A DNA stretch of 64,000 bases, from positions 18,768 through 82,767 of the forward strand of contig CASFQO010000013.1 of assembly GCA_949297145.1 (NCBI GenBank), read 5' to 3'. Under the pieces are notes generated by a model. It worked only from the letters and a program-made list of their open reading frames with translations, ran no database searches and had not been told where the DNA came from. Each line of letters begins with the position of its first letter. Position 1 is the first letter of the stretch. This document shows, in pieces, positions 45,336 to 54,396 of the stretch. Position numbers and translations under genes: made by a program. This DNA comes from an uncultured Alphaproteobacteria bacterium. Lineage in GTDB: Bacteria > Pseudomonadota > Alphaproteobacteria > RF32 > CAG-239.

Positions 45336-45865
45336 TCTTTAGAATCCTCTTCGTCTTCTATGAACACCATACCGGTGGATGCAACAATAATATAGCCTTC
45401 TTCAAGATTTATTTCCGGTACATAACCTTTATTAAAAGGCAACATCTCCGAACGTCCGCTCTTTAACTTAATTTCTAAGATGTCACCGGCACCGAAATTA
45501 TAAAATCCCGTTACCTTGGCGACCTCTTTCTTTTCAGCATCAAGTACTTTTAAGCCGAGCAAATCAGTTTCATAGTACTCTTCTTCCGTCTTAATTTCCG
45601 GAAGAACGCCTCGGGGTGCATAAAGCTCCGTTCCTATCAGAGTTTCTGCAACCATACGATCTTCTACTCCGGAGATTTTTACGCGAAGCAAATCTTTTGA
45701 ATGGCCGGTAACCTTTAGGTTAAAATGCTTTGTTGAGGTTTTGTCTTCCAACATGCCATAGCTTGCGATGTCTTTGTCTACAACTGTGTAGCTTTTGACT
45801 TTGACTTCGCCTTTTATGCCATGAACGCCGACAATCTTGCCTAAACAAACGCGCTTTTCACTCAT
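45329..45865 (-). CDS. rimM: 16S rRNA processing protein RimM
   Basis: GKIVGVHGIKGEVKVKSYT, a PRC-barrel C-terminus, and a 7-nt overlap with trmD. Confidence 0.93.
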   Translation of the reverse strand: MSEKRVCLGKIVGVHGIKGEVKVKSYTVVDKDIASYGMLEDKTSTKHFNLKVTGHSKDLLRVKISGVEDRMVAETLIGTELYAPRGVLPEIKTEEEYYETDLLGLKVLDAEKKEVAKVTGFYNFGAGDILEIKLKSGRSEMLPFNKGYVPEINLEEGYIIVASTGMVFIEDEEDSKEC

Positions 45866-45914
45866 CGGATTACCTATCGCAACATATTCTTATTTTTTAC
45901 AAAAGAAACTCAGA

Positions 45915-46307
45915 TTAAGCTTCTGCAGATGCTTCTTCAGCAGCTGCTGCGGCTGCTTCTGCAGCGGCTTTGGCTTTTTCTTCTTTTTCTTTAATTCTCT
46001 CTAAAGCTTTTGCTTTCGGAGCAGATTTCTTTGGCTGATTGTGAATTTTCGGTGCTTCACAAATTCCTAAATTTGCAAACAATTTTTGCAATCTTTCTGT
46101 CGGTTGTGCACCTTTTGCAAGCCAAGATTTTACTTTTTCAATATCAAGAACTAATCTGTCTTGATGATCTTGCGGCAATAATGGATTGTAAGAACCCAAT
46201 TTTTCAATAAATCTACCGTCACGAGGAGCTCTTTGATCGGCTGCTACAACGCGATAGTATGGGTGCTTCTTTGATCCACCGCGAGAAAGTCTAATACGAA
46301 CTGTCAT
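45915..46307 (-). CDS. rpsP: 30S ribosomal protein S16 with Lys/Ala-rich C-terminal tail
   Basis: MTVRIRLSRGGSKKHPYYRVVAADQRAPRDGRFIEKLGSYNP. Confidence 0.96.
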   Translation of the reverse strand: MTVRIRLSRGGSKKHPYYRVVAADQRAPRDGRFIEKLGSYNPLLPQDHQDRLVLDIEKVKSWLAKGAQPTERLQKLFANLGICEAPKIHNQPKKSAPKAKALERIKEKEEKAKAAAEAAAAAAEEASAEA

Positions 46308-46348
46308 TTTTTTCCTTTCCAGTTATTTATTTGTTTCGTTTCTTCCGC

Positions 46349-47731
46349 TTAAAACGGAAATTTGTTGTTAAACCCGCCAAAGGAATTTCCCCCGAACGGA
46401 TTGTTTTTCATAAAACGGGTTGCAAGAGAGTTCATCCCCCCCAGCTTTCCCATTCTTTTCATCATGGTTGACATTTGCTCATAGGATTTAAGCAACTTGT
46501 TAACTTCATGAACTTCTACACCGGCTCCGGCGGCTATTCTTTTTTTGCGGGAGGCTTTGATAATATCCGGATTGCGGCGCTCGCCCTTGGTCATAGACAA
46601 GATAATTGCCTCTTGTCTTTTCATCATTGCATCTGCATTTGCCGCTTCTATTTGTTCTTTATATTTACTTAATCCGGGAAGCATCCCCATTATATTGGAT
46701 ACGGAGCCCAATTTCTTCATCTGGCGAATTTGATTGAGCATGTCCTCTAAATCAAATTTGCCTTTCATCATCTTTTTGGCCATAGCTTCTGTTTCTTCTT
46801 TATCCAGATTTTCTACGGCTTTTTCTACAAGGCTGACAACATCACCTTTGTCTAATATTCTGCCGGCTAGTCTATCAGCATGAAATTCTTCTAAATCTTC
46901 TAATTTTTCACCGGTTCCCAAGAACTTTAACGGCGCTCCGGAAACCATCTTCATGGATAATGCGGCACCGGCACGAGATGAACCGTCTATTCTGGTCAAA
47001 ACTAACCCGGTAATACCGACTTTTTCATTAAATTCTTTTGCAACATTGCAGGCTTCTTGCCCGATAAGAGAATCGGCTACCAACAAAGTTTCGGTCGGGT
47101 TAGCCAACTTCTTAACCGCGGCCACTTCGTCCATTAATTTTTCATCTATTTGTAAACGGCCGGCCGTATCCAAAATCAAAACATCATAAACACCTTTTTG
47201 ACCGGCAGCTATTGCGCGTTTGGTTATTTCTAACGGCTTTTCTCCGGCAACTATCGGCAGAACATCAACATTGATTTGTTTTCCTAACTGTGCCAGTTGT
47301 TCTTGGGCTGCGGGACGGTAAACGTCTAAAGATGCCATTAACACACGTTTATTCTTTTTTAATTTTAAGGCTATCTTTGCAGATGTGGTCGTTTTACCGG
47401 AACCTTGCAGACCTACCATTAAAATAACCGCCGGCGGAACGGCTTTGAAATTTAATTCCGTATTATCACCACCCAACAGCTCTATCAACTCGTCATAAAC
47501 AATTTTTACAAGTTGCTGATCTGGGCGGATGGATTTAATTACTTTTTCGCCAAGAGCTTTTTCTTTTACTCTGGCCATAAATTCTTTAACAACACTCAAG
47601 GAAACATCTGCTTCCAATAATGCTAAGCGAATCTCTCTTAAACCCTCTTCAATATCCTTTTCTTTAAGGACACCGCGAGAGCCTAAACGACTGAATATGT
47701 CACTCAACTTTGTTGTTAATGCGTCAAACAT
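46349..47731 (-). CDS. ffh: Signal recognition particle protein Ffh
   Basis: GLQGSGKTTT, DTAGR and the Met-rich M domain. Confidence 0.97.
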   Translation of the reverse strand: MFDALTTKLSDIFSRLGSRGVLKEKDIEEGLREIRLALLEADVSLSVVKEFMARVKEKALGEKVIKSIRPDQQLVKIVYDELIELLGGDNTELNFKAVPPAVILMVGLQGSGKTTTSAKIALKLKKNKRVLMASLDVYRPAAQEQLAQLGKQINVDVLPIVAGEKPLEITKRAIAAGQKGVYDVLILDTAGRLQIDEKLMDEVAAVKKLANPTETLLVADSLIGQEACNVAKEFNEKVGITGLVLTRIDGSSRAGAALSMKMVSGAPLKFLGTGEKLEDLEEFHADRLAGRILDKGDVVSLVEKAVENLDKEETEAMAKKMMKGKFDLEDMLNQIRQMKKLGSVSNIMGMLPGLSKYKEQIEAANADAMMKRQEAIILSMTKGERRNPDIIKASRKKRIAAGAGVEVHEVNKLLKSYEQMSTMMKRMGKLGGMNSLATRFMKNNPFGGNSFGGFNNKFPF

Positions 47732-47763
47732 TTGTTTCCTTTTTGTTTTTCCTCACTATTAGT

Positions 47764-47804
47764 AAAAAAAATTGCGCCAGTGTGCGAACCCTCGCTGACT
47801 GACG
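47764..47804 (-). terminator. Intrinsic-terminator-like two-tier hairpin plus U8 inside the ffh leader
   Basis: The minus strand reads CGTCAGT-CA-GCGA-GGGT-TCGC-ACA-ACTGGCG-CAA-TTTTTTTT. It lies between a good promoter (47846-47873) and the ffh start codon. Confidence 0.5.
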
Positions 47805-47845
47805 GCACTCCGTAGAGTGTTATTTTTTTACTTAAATCTGCCTAG

Positions 47846-47873
47846 ATACTAGGGATTTTTTCCTAAGAGTCAA
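47846..47873 (-). promoter_or_regulatory. Sigma-70-like promoter TTGACT-16-TAGTAT directed toward ffh
   Basis: The minus strand reads gacTTGACTcttaggaaaaaatcccTAGTATctagg. Confidence 0.55.
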
Positions 47874-47931
47874 GTCTTTTTTTTAGGCTATTTTACTTTT
47901 AAATTGCTACTTCTTTTGCGAAAATTTATAC

Positions 47932-47959
47932 TTGCATATTCCTTTTTATTTGTTATTAT
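47932..47959 (+). promoter_or_regulatory. Sigma-70-like promoter TTGCAT-16-TATTAT for prfC
   Basis: Hexamers read directly, about 40 nt upstream of ATG 48002. Confidence 0.45.
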
Positions 47960-48001
47960 GCGCTTAACTTTAGTATATTATCCGTTTTTTTGAGAAAAAT
48001 T

Positions 48002-49591
48002 ATGCCAGAAAATATTGTGAATAAAAGAAAAACTTTTGCGATTATTTCGCACCCTGATGCCGGTAAAACAACTTTAACCGAAAAACTCCTTTTGTTTGGC
48101 GGAGCCATTCAACAAGCTGGAGCGGTGAAAGCCCGCGGTGAAAACAGACGTGCACACTCCGATTGGATGAAAGTGGAACAAGAACGCGGTATTTCCGTTG
48201 CTTCTTCCGTGATGACGTTTGAATATAAGGATATTACGTTTAATCTTTTGGATACTCCGGGGCACGAGGACTTTTCCGAAGATACTTATCGTGTATTAAC
48301 AGCGGTTGATTCGGCTGTTATGGTGATTGATTCGGCTAAAGGTATTGAAGCGCAGACAAAAAAATTGTTTGAAGTTTGCCGTTTGAGAAATATCCCTATT
48401 ATCACCTTTATTAACAAAATGGATAGAGAAGGACTTGATCCGTTTGTGCTTCTTGATGACATCGAAAAGACTTTGGCTCTTGATGTTTGTCCGGCCAGTT
48501 GGCCTATCGGCAGCGGTAAAGACTTCCTCGGGTGTTATGACTTGCTTAATGACCAACTGATTTTAATGAATAAAACCGGTAACAAAGGACAAATCAACTC
48601 GGTTATTGAAACTTGCAAAGGACTGGATGACCCGAAATTGGATGAATTGCTTCCGGCTTATGCTGTGGCTAAATTGCGTGAAGATGTTTTGATGGTCAAA
48701 GAGCTATGCCCGAAATTTGACCGTGAACTCTATCTTGCCGGTGCTTTAACCCCTGTTTTCTTTGGAAGTGCCATTAATAATTTTGGTGTTAAAGAGGTTT
48801 TGGAAGGATTGCATACACTTGCACCAACACCTAGACCTCAACCTGCTGTTGAACGGATGGTTAATGCCGATGAGAAAAAAGTTACCGGTTTCATCTTCAA
48901 AATTCAAGCTAATATGGATCCGAAACATCGTGACCGAATTGCATTTATGCGTATCTGTTCCGGACATTTCAAACGTGGTATGACACTTTCGCAAATTCGC
49001 ACAGGTAAGCCTATTAAAATACCAACTCCGGTTATGTTCCTCGCGCAAGAACGTGAATTGGCCGAAGATGCCTATGCCGGTGATATTATCGGTATCCCTA
49101 ACCATGGGCAACTGCGTATCGGTGATACATTAACCGAAGGCGAAAAATTACACTTTACGGGCATCCCTAGTTTTGCTCCGGAATTACTTAAATCCGTGCG
49201 TGCACTTGACCCGCTTAAATCCAAACATTTGGGTAATGCACTGCAACAAATTGCCGAAGAAGGCGGAGCAAGCGTCTTCAAGCCGGTTATCGGTTCGGAA
49301 TGGATTGTCGGGGTTGTCGGTGTTTTGCAATTTGAAGTTATGGCTGACCGTATTCGTACCGAATTTAATATTCCGGTGGTATTTGAACCAACTCAATACT
49401 ATACGGCTCGTTGGATTTCTTCTAACGATAAAAACGCATTAGCTAAATTTATTGATGCTAACCAAGCAAATATTGCACAGGATCACGACGGAGAAACCGT
49501 CTTCTTAGCGCGTAATGCTTGGCACCTTAATAAAGCCAAAGAAGATTTTCCGCAAGTTGAACTAAAAACAACGCGTGAACAAGTTTTTTAA
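48002..49591 (+). CDS. prfC: Peptide chain release factor 3
   Basis: RKTFAIISHPDAGKTTLTEKLLLFGGAIQ, DTPGHEDF and NKMDR motifs. Start moved to ATG 48002. Confidence 0.96.
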   Translation: MPENIVNKRKTFAIISHPDAGKTTLTEKLLLFGGAIQQAGAVKARGENRRAHSDWMKVEQERGISVASSVMTFEYKDITFNLLDTPGHEDFSEDTYRVLTAVDSAVMVIDSAKGIEAQTKKLFEVCRLRNIPIITFINKMDREGLDPFVLLDDIEKTLALDVCPASWPIGSGKDFLGCYDLLNDQLILMNKTGNKGQINSVIETCKGLDDPKLDELLPAYAVAKLREDVLMVKELCPKFDRELYLAGALTPVFFGSAINNFGVKEVLEGLHTLAPTPRPQPAVERMVNADEKKVTGFIFKIQANMDPKHRDRIAFMRICSGHFKRGMTLSQIRTGKPIKIPTPVMFLAQERELAEDAYAGDIIGIPNHGQLRIGDTLTEGEKLHFTGIPSFAPELLKSVRALDPLKSKHLGNALQQIAEEGGASVFKPVIGSEWIVGVVGVLQFEVMADRIRTEFNIPVVFEPTQYYTARWISSNDKNALAKFIDANQANIAQDHDGETVFLARNAWHLNKAKEDFPQVELKTTREQVF

Positions 49592-49625
49592 TTTGTTCTT
49601 ATTAGCAAAATTTTCTACATAAAAA

Positions 49626-49677
49626 GATAAGACCACACTTGTATCTGCCAACTGTGGTCTTATTTTTTGGAACTCTT
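49626..49677. terminator. Terminator hairpin between convergent genes
   Basis: ATAAGACCACA-25 nt-TGTGGTCTTAT followed by T6. The loop is large. Confidence 0.55.
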
Positions 49678-49688
49678 TTGCTTGCTTC

Positions 49689-50150
49689 TTATTTGTAAAA
49701 TTGAGGGTGGAAGTTTTGCGCGAATACTTTTTTATCCATTCCGTTGATGCTGGTTATCTGAGGATTTTCCATAATCTCTTCTAGCTCTGTGGTACAAAAT
49801 GTGCTGCGTTCATCTGCTCCTTCTACAAAAGCATTGATGTTTCCCTTGGCTTCTTTGATGTATCTTGATGAGGCTATTCTCCAAATTTTGGTTATTTCTT
49901 CCCCTACCTCATCCACACGACCATCAAGCCCTAATCCGATTAGAGCTTGACCGCACGGCGTGTCATCCAACATTTTTGCCTTTTCATGGGTTTGAATAAA
50001 CGCTTTTGCCGCCTCTTTGTTTTTAGAATTAGGCATATAGCTTACACTGTAGACTACGGCATAATCCGGCTCTGTTGCTACACTTTCATGTTTTGCAATT
50101 TCATATGCCTTTTCCAGACAATTATTCATCTTTTTTATCTTCTTTTGCAT
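49689..50150 (-). CDS. Hypothetical protein; tentative ADP-ribosyl cyclase/CD38-like (NAD glycohydrolase-like) core
   Basis: 153 aa (or 146 aa from the second Met). MLDDTPCGQAL resembles TLEDTL(L/P)GY. KIWRIASSRYIKEAKGNINAFVEGA resembles (F)W..(A)S..(F/Y)A..A.G.V..M(L/V)(N/D)GS. STFCTTELEEI resembles STFGSVEVHNL, which holds the catalytic Glu of CD38. This comparison is from memory, not a search. Confidence 0.35.
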   Translation of the reverse strand: MQKKIKKMNNCLEKAYEIAKHESVATEPDYAVVYSVSYMPNSKNKEAAKAFIQTHEKAKMLDDTPCGQALIGLGLDGRVDEVGEEITKIWRIASSRYIKEAKGNINAFVEGADERSTFCTTELEEIMENPQITSINGMDKKVFAQNFHPQFYK

Positions 50151-51366
50151 CTAATGTTTTATCGTCTTGTGCTTCTGCTGATAGCGCCGCTGGTGTCGCT
50201 ATCTCCTCTGCTTTTTCTTTACTCGGTGTAAAATTAAACACGGTAATTTCTGATGGCGCAAAAATTCTTATTGGCGGCCCCCAATATCTTGTTCCTCTGG
50301 ATACATACATCTCTACGCCGTTTTTATTATAAAATCCGGCAAGAACACCTCCATTGGCACGCTCCGCAAAATAATGAAACGGGTAGATTTGTCCACCATG
50401 TGTATGTCCCGATAATTGTAAATCTACATTATCTTTATTAACCCCCGCAGCTATCTGCGGAGTGTGAGACAGTAATATTACATAATCGTCTTTTTCTGCC
50501 TTATAAAGTGCGTTGCTGATATTTACTTTCATCTTTGCCCATTCGGCCGCACGAATATCCGGAATACCTGCTATATAAATCCCCGTGTTTCCAAGCTTTG
50601 CCCCGTAATTATTCAGAAATTCAAACCCTAATTGGGCAAAACCTACCGCCCATTGCATGGCTCCGGAATAAAATTCGTGATTTCCTAAAACAACATACAC
50701 ATGATCCCTTGGTGATAACTGTTTTAGTTCCATCATCTGAGCAAATAATTTTCCCGGGGCATTATCAATAATGTCTCCGACTAACACAACGGCATCCGGT
50801 TTTAAGGAATTAACTTTATCAACTAATTTCTTAACGGTTTTCGGTGAAGTATCTGCATCTATATGTAAATCTGACAACATAACGACTTTTGTTGCTTCTT
50901 TAATTTTAGGGGAGCTTATGTCATATGTTTTTATGGCTGGCATCTTTTCAGCTTCATATAGACCATACAAGCAGAACAGCAGGCAGAATACAATCGTTCC
51001 GACATTCACTTTATTTAATAACGCCGTATTTTTTAAATCTGAAACCGGAACGCGTCTGATAAAATCAATCAGCGCCCAAATCATGTCGCGTATTACCGTT
51101 ATGGCAAATAAGAAAAAGACAAATCCAAACCAGAAATAAAGTATCTTAGTTATATATACAAAACTATCTTCTAAGCTGGTGCGGTGAACAGCAAAACCGA
51201 TGAGCGGCGCAAACCACCCAAAGGCTACAAACAAAAAGCACCCTAGTTTTGTATACCAATGATATTCCCCATACCCGACATAAGTTTTATACGTGATGGC
51301 GATTGCAGCAAGAGCTACAACTAAAAAAGCTACTTCTACAGGCATAAATCTTCTCCCTCTTTTCAT
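50122..51366 (-). CDS. Membrane-anchored metallophosphoesterase (paralog of the N-terminal part of 5900..8353)
   Basis: Four N-terminal TM segments, then MLSDLHID, LVGDIIDN, LGNHEF and LSGHTHGGQ. The acidic/Lys-rich C-terminal tail overlaps the next gene by 8-29 nt. Confidence 0.85.
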   Translation of the reverse strand: MKRGRRFMPVEVAFLVVALAAIAITYKTYVGYGEYHWYTKLGCFLFVAFGWFAPLIGFAVHRTSLEDSFVYITKILYFWFGFVFFLFAITVIRDMIWALIDFIRRVPVSDLKNTALLNKVNVGTIVFCLLFCLYGLYEAEKMPAIKTYDISSPKIKEATKVVMLSDLHIDADTSPKTVKKLVDKVNSLKPDAVVLVGDIIDNAPGKLFAQMMELKQLSPRDHVYVVLGNHEFYSGAMQWAVGFAQLGFEFLNNYGAKLGNTGIYIAGIPDIRAAEWAKMKVNISNALYKAEKDDYVILLSHTPQIAAGVNKDNVDLQLSGHTHGGQIYPFHYFAERANGGVLAGFYNKNGVEMYVSRGTRYWGPPIRIFAPSEITVFNFTPSKEKAEEIATPAALSAEAQDDKTLDAKEDKKDE

Positions 51367-51376
51367 TGCCTAACAA

Positions 51377-51937
51377 TTATGCTTCTGCAACTTTCTCTTC
51401 TTCTTTTTTTGCCTTGCGCGGTGTGCTTATTCTTCTTCTCACGGTCCGCTTTGGCTTGCTTTCATTTTCCGGTTGTGGTTCTTCGGCTATTTCTACAACC
51501 TTAAAGTTTTTGACATTTGTTTTTTCAACAGCCGGTAAAGTTTCTACATAGCCGTTTGCTTCCGGTATCGGTTCTATTGGTGCAGTATCTTCTGCTTTTA
51601 CCTCATCTTCTTCTGAAGATGTATCTTCAGCACTATCTTCTGCATCGCTTTCGTTATTCTCTTCCACGCGATTTTGCTGCTCTTGTCTAAACTGACGGCG
51701 CTCATTAATCTCGGTGACAATTTTACGATAGTGTTCAGCATACTGACGATATATTTCCATATCTACATAATTTCCACTGCCCTGAGCTTCTTTGGCCAAA
51801 TCATTATACTTTCTGATTAAATCTAGAGCAGTACCGCTTATCTTGCCGGCGATGCTTACGCTATCAAATTTATAGTTCAGCGTGTAACCATTATTGTTAC
51901 CGCCATTGTTACGAAATCTATTATTTTGCTTTTTCAT
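51377..51937 (-). CDS. DUF4167 domain protein
   Basis: N-terminal Asn/Gly-rich segment, then LIRKYNDLAKEAQGSGNYVDMEIYRQYAEHYRKI, with an acidic then basic tail. It lies downstream of prmC, as is typical in Alphaproteobacteria. Confidence 0.75.
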   Translation of the reverse strand: MKKQNNRFRNNGGNNNGYTLNYKFDSVSIAGKISGTALDLIRKYNDLAKEAQGSGNYVDMEIYRQYAEHYRKIVTEINERRQFRQEQQNRVEENNESDAEDSAEDTSSEEDEVKAEDTAPIEPIPEANGYVETLPAVEKTNVKNFKVVEIAEEPQPENESKPKRTVRRRISTPRKAKKEEEKVAEA

Positions 51938-52078
51938 ATATTCCTACATTCATCATAGAGCGCTCGGCTCTTTTCTAATTCATCATAAAAAAAGGAAACT
52001 TCTTGATATGCCTAAACAAAAACCGCATATCACTTCTTACAGGTTTTGATATTATAGGCTAAAAATTTTTTTTGCAAC

Positions 52079-52909
52079 CTATTTTTTTAATATCACACAT
52101 CTGTTTATCCCTCCTAAATCTTGGACGATTTTTTGTAATACTAATCCTTCATTTTCAAATATTTCTCCGATTTTTTCTGCTTGTCCTATTCCTGCCTCTA
52201 TTAGAATATATCCCTCCTTTTTTAGCATAGAAGGCGCAAGCTTTGCTATTTCTCTATAACACTGATAACCATCCTTGCCACCATCTAAAGCAATCTTGGG
52301 ATCGTAGGTTTTGACTTCTTCCTCTAAATTTGCAATTTCACTGCTTTCTATATACGGCGGATTGGTTACAATCATATCTAGGCTATTATCTAACTCTTTC
52401 AACTGCATCCAGGAGCAATTCTTAAATGTACATCTTGTGGCAACCTCTAATCTTTCCGCGTTCTCTTTCGCTACGTCTAATGCTTTTTTTGAAATATCAA
52501 CCCCTATTCCGCGGAGCTTCGGATATTCTTTTAATATTGACAGCAAGATACAGCCACTGCCGGTTCCTAAATCTAAAACAGTGCCCTCATTTTTATCCTT
52601 GAGCAGATTGATTGCCTCTTCCACTAAAATTTCTGTATCCGGTCGCGGCGTCAATACATCTTGATTAACCTTAAATACAGATTTATAAAATTCTCTCTCC
52701 CCTATTATCTTATCCAGTGGCTCATGATTTATTCTTCTTTTGAGCATTTCATAAGCTTTCGCTCTCTCTGTTTGGTTCACCTCCGGATATGATGGGGCTG
52801 CGTGTTTTAGAATAATATCTGTTTCTAACCGCGGAGAAGGAATTCCCGCTTTAATCAGCGTTGATATTATTTCTTCGCGCAAATTCCCTATTTTCGCATT
52901 TTCAGTCAT
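52079..52909 (-). CDS. prmC: Release-factor glutamine methyltransferase
   Basis: VLDLGTGSGCI and the IVTNPPY motif. 276 aa. Confidence 0.92.
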   Translation of the reverse strand: MTENAKIGNLREEIISTLIKAGIPSPRLETDIILKHAAPSYPEVNQTERAKAYEMLKRRINHEPLDKIIGEREFYKSVFKVNQDVLTPRPDTEILVEEAINLLKDKNEGTVLDLGTGSGCILLSILKEYPKLRGIGVDISKKALDVAKENAERLEVATRCTFKNCSWMQLKELDNSLDMIVTNPPYIESSEIANLEEEVKTYDPKIALDGGKDGYQCYREIAKLAPSMLKKEGYILIEAGIGQAEKIGEIFENEGLVLQKIVQDLGGINRCVILKK

Positions 52910-52913
52910 CTTA

Positions 52914-53810
52914 TTATGCTGCCATGGCCTTTTTTACTTCTGCCGATAGTTTTTCAAAGGCTTTCTTTTCTATCTGACGAACACGCTCGCGACTGATATT
53001 AAAGTGCGTTCCTATATCATCCAACGTCACAGGATTTTCTGTTAACATTCTGTTTTTTATAATATATTGCTCGCGTTCATCTAATTTCTTTAGGCATTGA
53101 GCCAAAATTTTAGCTTTATATGCTTGTTCTTGACGTGCCGCTAATTTACCTTCAATATTTTCACGGCCGTCTATAACCATATCTATTTTTTCGCGACCGT
53201 CTTCATCGTCCCCGACATTAACATTTAACGAGCTGTCTCCACCGATACGACGGTTCATCTCGGTTACATCTTTTTCATCAACAACCAACTCTTTGGCTAT
53301 TTCTTTAACAACTTTGGGCTCCAGCTCTTTATTTTCGTATATACCCAAACGCGCCTTAATACGGCTTAAATTATAAAATAATTTCTTTTGCGCGGCTACC
53401 GTGCCAATTTTTACCAATGACCATGAACGCAAAATGTAATCGTTTATAGCGGCTTTGATCCACCAAATGGCATATGTTGCCAAGCGAACTTTTTTATCCG
53501 TATCAAATTTTTTCACTGCCTGCATTAAGCCAATATTTGCCTCAGAAATAACATCAGACATCGGTAAGCCATAACGACGATAAGTTAAGGCTATTTTGGC
53601 GGCCAAGCGTAAATGCGACGTTATCAGCTTTTGGGCTGCCATTAAATCACCTTTGGTTTGAAACTCTTCAATCAGCTTTTTTTCTTCGTCTTCGGTTAGC
53701 ACCGGAAAGCGTTTAATCTGCTCCAAATAGGTATATAACCCATTTTCCTCAACCACCATAGGCAGTTGCGGTTTGGGATTGACGACGACTAAATTTTTAT
53801 GTTCACTCAT
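52914..53810 (-). CDS. rpoH: RNA polymerase sigma-32 (heat-shock sigma factor)
   Basis: Region 2 (LRLAAKIALTYRRYGLPMSDVISEANIGLMQAVKKFD), an RpoH-box-like AAQKKLFYNLSRIKARL, and region 4 (ISRERVRQIEKKA). Confidence 0.9.
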   Translation of the reverse strand: MSEHKNLVVVNPKPQLPMVVEENGLYTYLEQIKRFPVLTEDEEKKLIEEFQTKGDLMAAQKLITSHLRLAAKIALTYRRYGLPMSDVISEANIGLMQAVKKFDTDKKVRLATYAIWWIKAAINDYILRSWSLVKIGTVAAQKKLFYNLSRIKARLGIYENKELEPKVVKEIAKELVVDEKDVTEMNRRIGGDSSLNVNVGDDEDGREKIDMVIDGRENIEGKLAARQEQAYKAKILAQCLKKLDEREQYIIKNRMLTENPVTLDDIGTHFNISRERVRQIEKKAFEKLSAEVKKAMAA

Positions 53811-53880
53811 ACCTTTTCCTTACAGACTTTCTTACACACAGTTTTGTTTATTTAGGGTGTGCCTCAAGCTTTCGCAAGTT

Positions 53881-54387
53881 TTATTTATATAAAAATGATG
53901 TCTCTTTGCCGGAAGGCTTTAATTCTAAATTGATAACATCCACACGATAACTTTCCCCTTCCGGATAAACTAACAAATATAATTTTCCGGCTTCATCATT
54001 TAGGCTTTGATTTTTACACAACAGCATATTTTCTTCTGCCACGCTTTTATTGATGATGCGGTCGGCTATAATATCCGATACGGGTTTTGTGCTTTCTGTT
54101 TTATAGTTGGCAATGTTTTCTTTTGCAAATTTATCCAGATTATGCATTACAAAGTAACGATGTCTGCGTTGTTTTACGTTTTTATTCTGATCGTTTTTAT
54201 AAAATTCTGAAACAAACTCTTTGGTGGCAGTCAACAATTTTTCATCATTGCATGTCGGCATCGGCACTATTTGCTTTTCAACTTGATGAACAATTACTTC
54301 TTGTTGGGCCGTGGTTTCTTCTGCAGCCACGGTTACTTGCAAAGGCATGAGCAATAGCGCCGCTAGTCCAAAGAGTTTGTTTCTCAT
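53881..54387 (-). CDS. Secreted hypothetical protein
   Basis: 168 aa with signal peptide MRNKLFGLAALLLMPLQVTVAAE. No family recognised. Confidence 0.6.
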   Translation of the reverse strand: MRNKLFGLAALLLMPLQVTVAAEETTAQQEVIVHQVEKQIVPMPTCNDEKLLTATKEFVSEFYKNDQNKNVKQRRHRYFVMHNLDKFAKENIANYKTESTKPVSDIIADRIINKSVAEENMLLCKNQSLNDEAGKLYLLVYPEGESYRVDVINLELKPSGKETSFLYK

Positions 54388-54396
54388 GTGTTTCTC

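Noticed and set aside
47764-47839. Possibility that the structured element next to ffh is the SRP (4.5S) RNA gene
   Set aside because: It lacks the hallmark domain-IV features. There is no GNRA (GGAA) tetraloop, and no AGCA / GGAAG symmetric/asymmetric loop sequences. The apical loop here is GGGU on a 4-bp GCGA/TCGC stem. It looks like a terminator, not helix 8.
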